Below, piece by piece: positions 1 through 8,202 of a stretch of DNA of 64,000 nt. Position 1 is the first letter of the stretch. Each line of letters begins with the position of its first letter. A program made the translations under genes and the position numbers. The notes below the pieces were generated by a model. It worked only from the letters and a program-made list of their open reading frames with translations. It was not told the origin of the DNA and made no database searches. The DNA lies in contig OY843751.1 in NCBI GenBank assembly GCA_963693055.1, positions 5,152,001 through 5,216,000 of the forward strand, given 5' to 3'. The DNA comes from a bacterium. Lineage in GTDB: Bacteria > Zhuqueibacterota > Zhuqueibacteria > Residuimicrobiales > Krinioviventaceae.

Positions 1-400
1 CCTTTCCACCAATCTATATCATTATTATGAGCTATAATACCACCAGATGTTGCACCAATCGTTGCACCTATTGCCATAGCAATAAATACAGGATTCCTTC
101 CATCCGGATCCACCATAATTAACGGATTATTGCCACAATACACATACGGGCTAAATCCCTGTCCGGCGGGGTCTGGCACAAACCAGCGCCCAATCTCGGG
201 GTTATAGTATCTTGCTCCAAAGCCGCAGCGTAGCGGAGGTGCGCCTATGGAGTATAGTAAAGTCCGATATCCGAGTAAAGCTCTTTTTGCGAGAACTGGT
301 AGCTGTTATCATCATTCCCCGAAGCGACCAGGGTTTCGCCAAATGGGGTATAATCGCGGGTCATGTCGGAGTTGCTCAAGCGTCGTGTACTGCAAATCTG
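1..400 (-). pseudogene. Orphan Rhs core/toxin cassette 1 (runs off window start), frameshifted by a 32-bp insertion
   Basis: Minus strand reads DYTPFGE...QKELYSDIGLYY, then a 32-bp insert (222-253), then FGARYYNPEIGRWFVPDPAGQGFSPYVYCGNNPLIMVDPDG followed by a Gly/Ala-rich tip. This is the canonical Rhs-associated core motif. Confidence 0.85.
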
Positions 401-524
401 ATTCAGTCCCCATCCCGTAAGTAACGGATCACGCTTTCTAATCTCGCAGCATTTTCCCTCCGGGATGTAAAAGCCCAAGACCAGCCCCGCAAAAAGCCTC
501 TGAAATTCTTCAGGGGATTACCAT

Positions 525-564
525 GTAGAACGAAATTCATTTCGTTTGTCCGGTGCAGACGGAC
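525..564 (+). repeat. GTAG-type REP-like palindrome
   Basis: GTAG-AACGAAAT-TC-ATTTCGTT; a near-identical inverted copy lies at 40560-40599. Confidence 0.6.
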
Positions 565-732
565 CCGGCAGGCAGGATGCGCCTTGGCGTATCATTTATC
601 TTTATTAGTAGGCGGACCTCATGATACAATAGAGCTAAATTGCCCCCCCAGAGCATACGAAATAAAGCAAAGATATATAATCAGAGTTGTTACGGAGTCA
701 ATCTCCCCCATGATCTGTTTTACAACGTCATA

Positions 733-820
733 TCAATCCTATAATCCCTTAATCCTACAAATCATAATTCAGACAAAAAAAGCGCCGGTTACTGCTTGGG
801 TAGCAGTGTGACGGCGCTTA
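733..820 (-). terminator. Repeated cassette-end hairpin/intrinsic terminator, copy 1
   Basis: Minus strand GCGCCG..ACTGCT..AGCAGT..CGGCGC followed by a T-run; related copies at 2554-2640, 4165-4211 and 7699-7783. Confidence 0.65.
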
Positions 821-917
821 AAGAAAGTTCAATATGGCTAACGTTTCAATTTCTTAACCCATTTTTGCAAACCTGTTGGTGTGCGCTGTAAAACTACAGG
901 CTATAGAAAATAATGAA

Positions 918-1472
918 TTATGAAAAATAATTATAAGAACTATCCAAATATGCTATTTTTTTTATTTTACCTTTTAATGCAATAAATTCAATTAATCCAA
1001 ATAGATAAACAAACAACATTAACAGTATTGAAGTTAATATACCACTACTAAAACTATAATCTTCGTAAAAAAAAGAATAAAAAAATGGTAAAATCACACT
1101 AATCCAAGGAAAAAAAATTGACTTAAATTGCGCTTGTATTAAAGAACCAGCTTTATCATTAATAATAGTCAATTTACATTCGAGAAATACTAAAGTCCCC
1201 CATTGAATCCATTTAAAATATTTTCTTCGAAGTAAAATTGCATCATCAGCAATAATTTTTTTGGGTGAAATGTTTTCCTTAATAAATTTCATTATTTCAT
1301 CCCTTGAATAACTACTAGAAATGGAAAATTTATACATTGGGATTCCATAATAAAACAAATTACGAAAACCTTTTCTATCATAGAAATTGATGAATGGCAT
1401 ATATTTGATAAAATAGAATACTAATTCAAAAACGATTAAAAAAAATATTATATCTTTTAAAATAATTATCAT
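918..1472 (-). CDS. Putative membrane immunity protein of Rhs cassette 2
   Basis: 184 aa, very AT-rich, about three hydrophobic segments; 4-nt overlap with the toxin-tip stop codon. Confidence 0.65.
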   Translation of the reverse strand: MIIILKDIIFFLIVFELVFYFIKYMPFINFYDRKGFRNLFYYGIPMYKFSISSSYSRDEIMKFIKENISPKKIIADDAILLRRKYFKWIQWGTLVFLECKLTIINDKAGSLIQAQFKSIFFPWISVILPFFYSFFYEDYSFSSGILTSILLMLFVYLFGLIEFIALKGKIKKIAYLDSSYNYFS

Positions 1473-2086
1473 TCTTCTTCCTCTTGATATTGATATTTAT
1501 CTATTCTAGAGTATTCGATTGTGGTTTTAATCTCAATAATATCGTTGTAAATTTCTTTACCTCCTTTTGCTAATGCATCACCAACCTCAGTGAGGTTTAT
1601 ATTAACTCCGGCCCCGACAAGCCCAGCCTTAACTTCTAAACCTAATCCTAAATCTACATCCTTGTCAAATTCTGACACACTAGTACTTACCTCCTTAATC
1701 ATTTGAATATTTTCACCCTGATCCTTAAAACCCAATTCTCCTTTTAAATTTCCAAATCCAGCAACATTTACCTCCCCACTTACAGAACATCTAAATCCTA
1801 CAGAGAAATCTCCAGCTAAATTTATGTCTGCTGAAACTCCAGCTTGGGCAGAAAATCCAGCTTTAAGTGGACCCATTCGCCCTGTAACTCCTATTTGAGG
1901 TCCAATTGAACCTCCTGCTTCAACAATCTCACCAATTTCTTTAACAGCTACAGGATGTGAATATACAATATTTGCAATTAATTTATACATTTGTATTTGA
2001 TTAAAATTACCATTAAAATCTTTATATCTTAATGGGTTATTGTGACTATAATGATATGGAGTATAGTCTGGTGCCAAATCCGCCAA
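1469..2086 (-). CDS. Orphan Rhs toxin tip, cassette 2 (Gly-rich)
   Basis: Begins with TPYHYSHNNPLRYKDFNG (variant of the PxxxxDPxG boundary), then a Gly/Ala/Val-rich tip. The upstream core is frameshifted by a 23-bp insert. Confidence 0.8.
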   Translation of the reverse strand: MADLAPDYTPYHYSHNNPLRYKDFNGNFNQIQMYKLIANIVYSHPVAVKEIGEIVEAGGSIGPQIGVTGRMGPLKAGFSAQAGVSADINLAGDFSVGFRCSVSGEVNVAGFGNLKGELGFKDQGENIQMIKEVSTSVSEFDKDVDLGLGLEVKAGLVGAGVNINLTEVGDALAKGGKEIYNDIIEIKTTIEYSRIDKYQYQEEEE

Positions 2087-2087
2087 C

Positions 2088-2517
2088 GGATCAACGCTGA
2101 TAAACCGCCCGACAACCGGATCGTGGTACCGCGCACCAAAACCGCAGGTCCGACCTCTGGCGGATAATAAAGATCAAGGCCGTGCTCATCATCCAACTCT
2201 TTGCCGGTAAATTTCTGGATCGTTTCAATGTCACTCGAAACCGAACTACGCGAAACTGAACCGAACGTTGGAGCGAAGCGGAAATCCGCCCACTGGCGGA
2301 GGTAGTAATCATAGCGCTCAACCACGTTTTGGTCCGCATCTATCCGCCTAACTGATTTGCGGACGTAACCGCAACCCGGGTACTTGACCGCCTACCGGCG
2401 GTTTACTCCGCCAGCGGGCGGACACGCCTGTGGTCGTGAATATGAAAATAATACTCGCCTGCTGACACAACACTGTATTGAAGCATAACAAGAATAACGC
2501 AAAAAAGCAAACATTTT
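2088..2517 (-). repeat. Shared degenerate Rhs core/leader, copy A
   Basis: Close nucleotide match to 3732-4128 and 7105-7530. With the inserts removed it reads YYFHIHDH..STRVAVDADQNVVERYDYYPFG...KFTGKELDDEHGLDLYYFGARYHDP. Confidence 0.9.
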
Positions 2518-2553
2518 ACTCGTGACGGAGACTATCTCTGTAACGGGTGCTTT

Positions 2554-2640
2554 TCAATCCTATAATCCCTCAATCCTATGAATCCCAATTCAGACAAATA
2601 AAAAAACGCCGCCACTGTATGGTTAGCAGTGTGACGGCGC
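2554..2640 (-). terminator. Cassette-end hairpin, copy 2
   Basis: Same CGCCG..ACTG..CAGT..CGGCG stem with T-tract, downstream of ORF 2679-3083. Confidence 0.6.
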
Positions 2641-2678
2641 ATAATCAATTGGATACATTAATAATTTAAAACAATGAA

Positions 2679-3083
2679 TCAATCATAAAAATATTCATGA
2701 TCTGATGTTAAAAACTTCATTTTCCTTTTACATGTACAAGTATCAACGTCCATAAAAAACCGTACTACTTTGGCACCTTGTATTGGTATGCTGAAATAAT
2801 ATTTTGTAAAAAACTCATCCTTAAAATGTAACATTTCAGATTCAAATACAAGTGTATCCCTATTAGTAGAGTAGTAAAACCCGTCTGCAAAGCCAATATC
2901 ATCTTCACTTATTAATGTATCTTTTTCAAGATATATATTAAATGTATCTAACTTTACATAACTAACATATGTACCCCAAAAACCGTCTTCAAAAGCAATT
3001 CTTATTTTTGTGGGTTCTTTCGAAAAACTTGCTGAGAAAAAAAATAGTAATAAAAATGAATAAGAAAATATTTTCATAATCAT
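2679..3083 (-). CDS. Putative exported immunity protein of Rhs cassette 3
   Basis: 134 aa with N-terminal signal peptide (MKIFSYSFLLLFFFSASFS); starts 6 bp after the toxin stop, with a GGGAGA RBS. Confidence 0.7.
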   Translation of the reverse strand: MIMKIFSYSFLLLFFFSASFSKEPTKIRIAFEDGFWGTYVSYVKLDTFNIYLEKDTLISEDDIGFADGFYYSTNRDTLVFESEMLHFKDEFFTKYYFSIPIQGAKVVRFFMDVDTCTCKRKMKFLTSDHEYFYD

Positions 3084-3089
3084 ATCTCC

Positions 3090-3730
3090 CTATTTTTGTT
3101 CATTTATCATTTTATGAGCTTTTTCAATCTGATTTTTGTTAATTTCCATCCCCTTCGAATCTTGGCTTTGAATCATTAAATTATTTCCTTGCCTTAACAC
3201 TCTTCCATTTGCATCCTTTGGATGTTCTAAATAACAACCATGACCGAATTCATGTGCACCAGTTCTTTTGACTTGATTAGCACCATGAAGAATTGTGGCT
3301 GTAGAAATCAACATTTTTTCTCCACCGATTTTACCCTTACCTGTTTTTTTATCAACATTTCTACCACCAACTGGTTTACCTGTAGAATTAGTCAAAGTAT
3401 TTGCATCAACAAATGCAAAAATATGATCAGTACCCTTCACTTTTTCAGGATCAGTATTTATGTTTACATCCATAACTACATTTGTACCTTGTACATTACC
3501 AAATGACTCCTCTATTCCAGATTTAATCAATTCCGCTGTTCTTTTCAGAACTCTATCTGTTATATTTTTTTAGTGCTTTCATTTACAAGAGAAGCGTTTA
3601 CTGTATTATTATATTGATTTTTTCCCTTATCATAAGTTGACGTTATCTCCCTCCCATCCGGGTCAACAAATATCAGCGGATTATTCATCGTATAATTATA
3701 CGGGCTCAACCCCGGATATTTCTCCGTCAT
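3090..3730 (-). pseudogene. Orphan Rhs toxin tip, cassette 3, zinc-metallopeptidase-like (HEFGH), frameshifted
   Basis: MTEKYPGLSPYNYTMNNPLIFVDPDG then the tip. The frame breaks at an A7 run (3565-3571); one extra A joins it to ORF 3090-3530, which contains AHEFGHGCYLEH. Confidence 0.8.
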
Positions 3731-3731
3731 G

Positions 3732-4128
3732 GGATCAACGCTGATAAACCGCCCGACAACCGGATCGTGGTAGCGTGCACCAAAACCGCAGGTCCGACCT
3801 CTGGCGGATAGTAAAGATCAAGGCCGTGCTCATCATCCAACTCTTTGCCGGTGAATTTCTGGATCGTCTCAATGTCATCAGATACTGTACTGCGCGAAAC
3901 AGAACCGAAGGGATAATAGTCATAGCGCTCAACCACGTTTTGGTCCGCATCTATCCGCCTAACTGATTTGCGGACGTAACCGCAACCCGGGTACTTGACC
4001 GCCTGCCGGCGGTTTACTCCGCCAGCGGGCGGACACGCCTGTGGTCGTGAATATGAAAATAATACTCGCCTGCTGACACAGCACTATATTGAATCATAAC
4101 AAGAATAACGCAAAATAGCAAACATTTT
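3732..4128 (-). repeat. Shared degenerate Rhs core/leader, copy B
   Basis: Matches copy A; has an intact YDYYPFG but carries the 23-bp insert at 3785-3807. Confidence 0.9.
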
Positions 4129-4164
4129 AATTAAATGTTCGCTATTCAGGGGATTGAGGATAAA

Positions 4165-4211
4165 TCAAAAAGCGCCGGACAATGCATAGTTAGCAATGTA
4201 GCTCGGCGCTT
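4165..4211 (-). terminator. Cassette-end hairpin, copy 3 (diverged)
   Basis: AAAAAGCGCCGG...CGGCGCTT on the plus strand. Confidence 0.5.
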
Positions 4212-4446
4212 GATAGTTTGGAATATAAAGCAAGTCTTAACTCGTAAAACCAGAATGTATACCGGGTAAGTAAAACCTGGGCCACAGGCCCAGATTACGA
4301 ACTATTGCGTTATTGGTTCATACGCTTGGGGAGGACCTTCATCTTTTTGGGGAATTGTATATGTGTGTTTCGCAATAATATAATCACCATCAACAAATGG
4401 ATTATAAATATTAGGATTATTTAATTCAATCATTCTTGACAAATTG

Positions 4447-5877
4447 GGAAGTGTAAAGATTTTTGTGTAAATCATGAACAAGGGTTCAATAACCCGTAGG
4501 GTTATTGAATTTCGATCGCTGATTGATTTGCACACACTTTTCCAAGGGACTGTAAATTCGCTTGTGTTTTAAAAACAAATATTACATTTTATTAAATACA
4601 GGAGAATTTACCAATGAAACTTACACCTGAAATTATTAAACAACTTGAAAAAGATTTTGAAAATTGCAAGACAGCAGACGATCTGCTGGGCAAAAATGGT
4701 CTGGTCAAGAATTTGATTAAGGGCATATCAGACCAAATTATGGAAGCTGAAATGACCCAGCACTTGGGCTATGAGAGACATTCTTCAGAAGGTGATAACA
4801 GTGGCAATAGTAGAAACGGTCACAGCAGCAAAACAGTGAAGACAGATTTTGGTGAAATTGACATCAAAATCCCCCGTGATCGGAATGGAGAATTTGACCC
4901 GGTACTTGTCAAAAAGCACCAGCGTGATCTGGGCAAAATAGATGAAATTATCGTTGCCTTATATGCCAAAGGTCTGAGTACAAGAGACATCAAAGACCAC
5001 CTGGAAACACTTTACGGCCTGGACGCTTCCCCAACATTTATTTCCAATGTTACCGAACGGGTACGCGAGCTTGTCGTTGAATGGCAGTCAAGACCGTTGG
5101 ATAGCGTTTATCCTATTGTTTATTTGGATGCTATCCACTATAAGATACGTGACGAAGGGCGTATTATAAACAAGGCCGCCTATACTGTACTGGGAATCAA
5201 TGGTGAAGGCTTTAAGGATTTACTTGGTATTTGGATCGACCAGTCCGAGGGCGCCAATTTCTGGCTGTCTGTTTTAACCGATATACGAAACCGTGGGGTT
5301 GAAGATATTCTGATTGCATGCGTAGATGGGCTGAAAGGCTTTCCGGATGCTATTGCCAGCATTTTTCCCGATACTGAAGTCCAGCTTTGTATCATCCATC
5401 AAATCCGTAACTCGCTTCGTTATGTTGCATCAAAACATCAAAAAGAATTTATCAAAGATCTGAAGCTGGTTTATCAAAGCACAACTAAAGAAAACGCTGA
5501 ACTGCAACTGGATCGCCTTGAACAAAAATGGGGGGTCAAATATCCCATTGTTATCAATTCCTGGAGAAAAAACTGGGACAACCTGTCCAACTATTTTAAA
5601 TATCCCGAAGAAATTCGGCGAATGATCTATACCACAAATAGTGTAGAGGCTCTGCACCGGCAGCTTCGCAAAGTCACTAAAACCAAATCTCTGTTCCCCC
5701 ACGATGATGCGTTGAAAAAAATGCTGTTTCTGGCCTACAGGGATATTGCTAAAAAATGGTCGCAGCCCATCAGAAACTGGGCCTTTGTTGTTTCTCAATT
5801 TTCTATTATATTTAAAGACAGGATGAAAATCCAAATATAGCACTACTATTCATTTACACAAAAAAGTTTACAGTCTC
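4447..5877 (+). mobile_element. IS256-family insertion sequence
   Basis: IRL GGAAGTGTAAAGATTTTTGTGTAAAT versus IRR (reverse complement) GAGACTGTAAACTTTTTTGTGTAAAT; 8-bp TSD ACAAATTG at 4439-4446 and 5878-5885. Confidence 0.92.
4614..5840 (+). CDS. IS256-family (Mutator-type) DDE transposase
   Basis: 408 aa with NSRNG, PRDRNGEF, YLDAI, VDGLKGF, QLCIIHQIRN and YTTNSVE motifs. Confidence 0.95.
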   Translation: MKLTPEIIKQLEKDFENCKTADDLLGKNGLVKNLIKGISDQIMEAEMTQHLGYERHSSEGDNSGNSRNGHSSKTVKTDFGEIDIKIPRDRNGEFDPVLVKKHQRDLGKIDEIIVALYAKGLSTRDIKDHLETLYGLDASPTFISNVTERVRELVVEWQSRPLDSVYPIVYLDAIHYKIRDEGRIINKAAYTVLGINGEGFKDLLGIWIDQSEGANFWLSVLTDIRNRGVEDILIACVDGLKGFPDAIASIFPDTEVQLCIIHQIRNSLRYVASKHQKEFIKDLKLVYQSTTKENAELQLDRLEQKWGVKYPIVINSWRKNWDNLSNYFKYPEEIRRMIYTTNSVEALHRQLRKVTKTKSLFPHDDALKKMLFLAYRDIAKKWSQPIRNWAFVVSQFSIIFKDRMKIQI

Positions 5878-6511
5878 ACAAATTGTCATCATCCTTGTCA
5901 AATCCCCAAGAATAAAATACAAATGAGTATGTCGAATCCTCAAAATTTGTTTCGCATTTAAATGAATATTTGATATCATACAATTGCAATAAATATGGTT
6001 TAATTAATGAATCAAAACCTTCTATATTTTCAATTTCATTTAAACTTGGTATTCTATTATTAAAATAATAATAATCATTTATATATAAAGATATGGGATC
6101 ATCAAGTATTAAAATACGACGCATATAATAAATACGATTATGTATAAATAATGCATATAAAAAAGAAAATACAACAATGAGAGCGATAATATTCTTTGAT
6201 GATTTTGTTTTAAATATTTTATTTCTTAAGGAAAAAATAAATAATGAAATAATAAATGTAATCCATGGAAATAATACTAAATTCAATTTTTCACCTTTTT
6301 ATTGTAAGACATTTAATTTTTAATAATATAAGCGTTGTCTACTATTCATTCTTGATATTCCAACAGTGCTCCAGTTTTTTGTGGCTGTAACTTCATTAGT
6401 GCTACGCACTAATGATGCCATTGATCCTTTTTTAACTGTTGCACTTGTTACTTGAACTTACGAGTGTAAACAACGCTCGCAATATCATTATTTTAATATT
6501 ATTTTGAGTCT

Positions 6512-7192
6512 TTAGTTTTCTTTTTCTTCTTCTTCTTTATCTCTTGATTCTTGTCCCTTATGTAAATTTTCATTCCATTGTTTAATCCATACATTATATT
6601 GCTCAATTGTCATAGATAACTTAATAATAGCTAAGCCTTTAACTTCATCATTAGAGTTATAATAACACAAAATAATCCTTGAATTTTCATCACCCTTGGT
6701 ACCATGTCTATCATCTCTTTTTATCATTTTAATATTCATGTTTTCAGGTTTTGAAACAAAAACTTCTATGTCACCCCCATATTCAGTGTCTTGACCATGC
6801 AATATATTTTGTGAAGGATCGCCCGCCGCTGGTCCATACGCCATGCCAGTTTCATATACTTGTCGAGGTCCACCACTATATTCACCACTCATTTCAATAC
6901 CTTCTATAGGAACCGAGATATCAGGATATTGTTTCTTTTGTTCTCCTTGCTTGAATCGAAATTCTTTTTCGGCTGTACGCATAGCATTCATTATTATTTG
7001 ATGTTCTTCTTTAGTCATAGGTCTTTTCCCATCCGGATCAACCAGTATCAATGGATTGTTCATCGTATAATTATACGGGCTCAACCCCGGATACTTGTCC
7101 GCCATGGGATCAACGCTGATAAACCGCCCGGCGACCGGATCGTGGTATCGTACGCCGAAATAGTAAAGATCAAGGCCGTGCTCGTCATCCAA
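6512..7192 (-). CDS. Orphan Rhs core + toxin tip, cassette 4 (tip of unknown function)
   Basis: LYYFGVRYHDPVAGRFISVDP...SPYNYTMNNPLILVDPDG in frame with a ~170-aa tip. Confidence 0.85.
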   Translation of the reverse strand: MDDEHGLDLYYFGVRYHDPVAGRFISVDPMADKYPGLSPYNYTMNNPLILVDPDGKRPMTKEEHQIIMNAMRTAEKEFRFKQGEQKKQYPDISVPIEGIEMSGEYSGGPRQVYETGMAYGPAAGDPSQNILHGQDTEYGGDIEVFVSKPENMNIKMIKRDDRHGTKGDENSRIILCYYNSNDEVKGLAIIKLSMTIEQYNVWIKQWNENLHKGQESRDKEEEEKEN

Positions 7193-7530
7193 CTCTTTGC
7201 CGGTGAATTTCTGGATCGTTTCGATGTCACTCGAAACCGTACTGCGCGAGACAGAACCGAACGTTGGAGCGAAGCGGAAATCCGCCCACTGGCGGAGGTA
7301 GTAATCATACCGCTCAACAACGTTCTGGTCCGCGTCTATCCGCCTTACTGATTGGCGGACGTAACCGCAACCCGGGTACTTGACCGCCTACTGGCGGTTT
7401 ACTCCACCAGCGGGCGGACACGCCTGTGGTCGTGAATATGAAAATAATACTCACCTGCTGACTTGTCCGACCTCTGGCGGAAACCGCACTGTATTGGATC
7501 ATAACCAAAATAACGCAAAAAAGCAAACAT
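7105..7530 (-). repeat. Shared degenerate Rhs core/leader, copy C
   Basis: Matches copies A and B. Lacks the 23-bp insert, has the 33-bp insert (7264-7296) and a private 20-bp insert (7463-7482). Confidence 0.9.
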
Positions 7531-7698
7531 TATAATTAAATGTGTTTTCATCCGTGAGGACCAGTGCGGTTACGTGGCACGATTCAGTCGCGAAAAGCTC
7601 TTACCGCAAAGCCCGCGGAGCATTCGCGATGAACGCAAAGATATAATCGGGGTCATAATGGATACAATCTCTGCCGCAACCGTTTTTAAAACATTATT

Positions 7699-7783
7699 TC
7701 AATCTTATAATCCCTTAATCCTATAAATCATAATTCAGACAAAAAAAGCGCCGGTTACTGCATGATTAGCAGTGCCGGCGCTT
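7699..7783 (-). terminator. Cassette-end hairpin, copy 4
   Basis: AAAAAAAGCGCCGGTTACTGCATGATTAGCAGTGCCGGCGCTT, nearly the same as copy 1. Confidence 0.65.
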
Positions 7784-7936
7784 AAAGTAGTAAACACGTG
7801 CTATATAATGGCACGAGTATTATGATTGTAATGCATAGATGTAGAAAACGGATAAAAAAATCGTGCCACAGGCACGGGCTACCAACTGGGAATCCTGTTC
7901 CAAGGACATGAACATCATTCTATTCATTGTAAGGAA

Positions 7937-8202
7937 TCAAGCACAATCAGAGCTCCAATGAATTCTAAATAGTAAATCAATTGCCGCATTATACCTATTC
8001 GATTCATGAAATGGTACAAACAGCAGAATTGGTATTATAGACTCAAGAATAATATTGTAACTTGGATTGAGCATATTGAAAATTAAAATGGATAAAACGA
8101 CATGATAAAAAATCAACTTAACTTGTTTTGGACATTTATTATCACTTTCTTTTGGATAAATTTTAAAAATGGCCATCCCAGCGGTTCGCCCTTTTAATAA
8201 AA
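7937..8202 (-). pseudogene. Truncated membrane protein, RDD-like remnant
   Basis: GRTAGMAIFKI resembles the RDD GxTxGxxxxxI motif; the 5' end is cut by the IS5 element. Confidence 0.4.

Larger units (their letters stand above)
4302..6286 (-). pseudogene. Membrane-anchored putative immunity gene split by IS256
   Basis: Removing 4447-5877 plus one ACAAATTG copy joins ...YSWGFDKDDDNL to SRMIELNNPNIYNPFVDGD... in frame. Confidence 0.75.

Noticed and set aside
836-882. attC-like CACCAAC...GTTAGCC on the minus strand
   Set aside because: Single copy, weak internal complementarity, and no integron integrase.
2029-2339. ORFs 2029-2325, 2091-2339, 3727-3950, 7081-7320 and 7314-7526 as independent genes
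   Set aside because: They are frame fragments of the interrupted Rhs core.
4546-5877. IS256 boundary at the inner IR (4546)
   Set aside because: No target duplication there; the 8-bp ACAAATTG duplication and in-frame gene reconstruction support 4447.
2088-7530. Rhs repeats as a CRISPR array or DGR template/variable repeats
   Set aside because: Units are ~430 bp with gene-sized spacers, differences are not adenine-specific, and no cas or reverse transcriptase gene is in the window.
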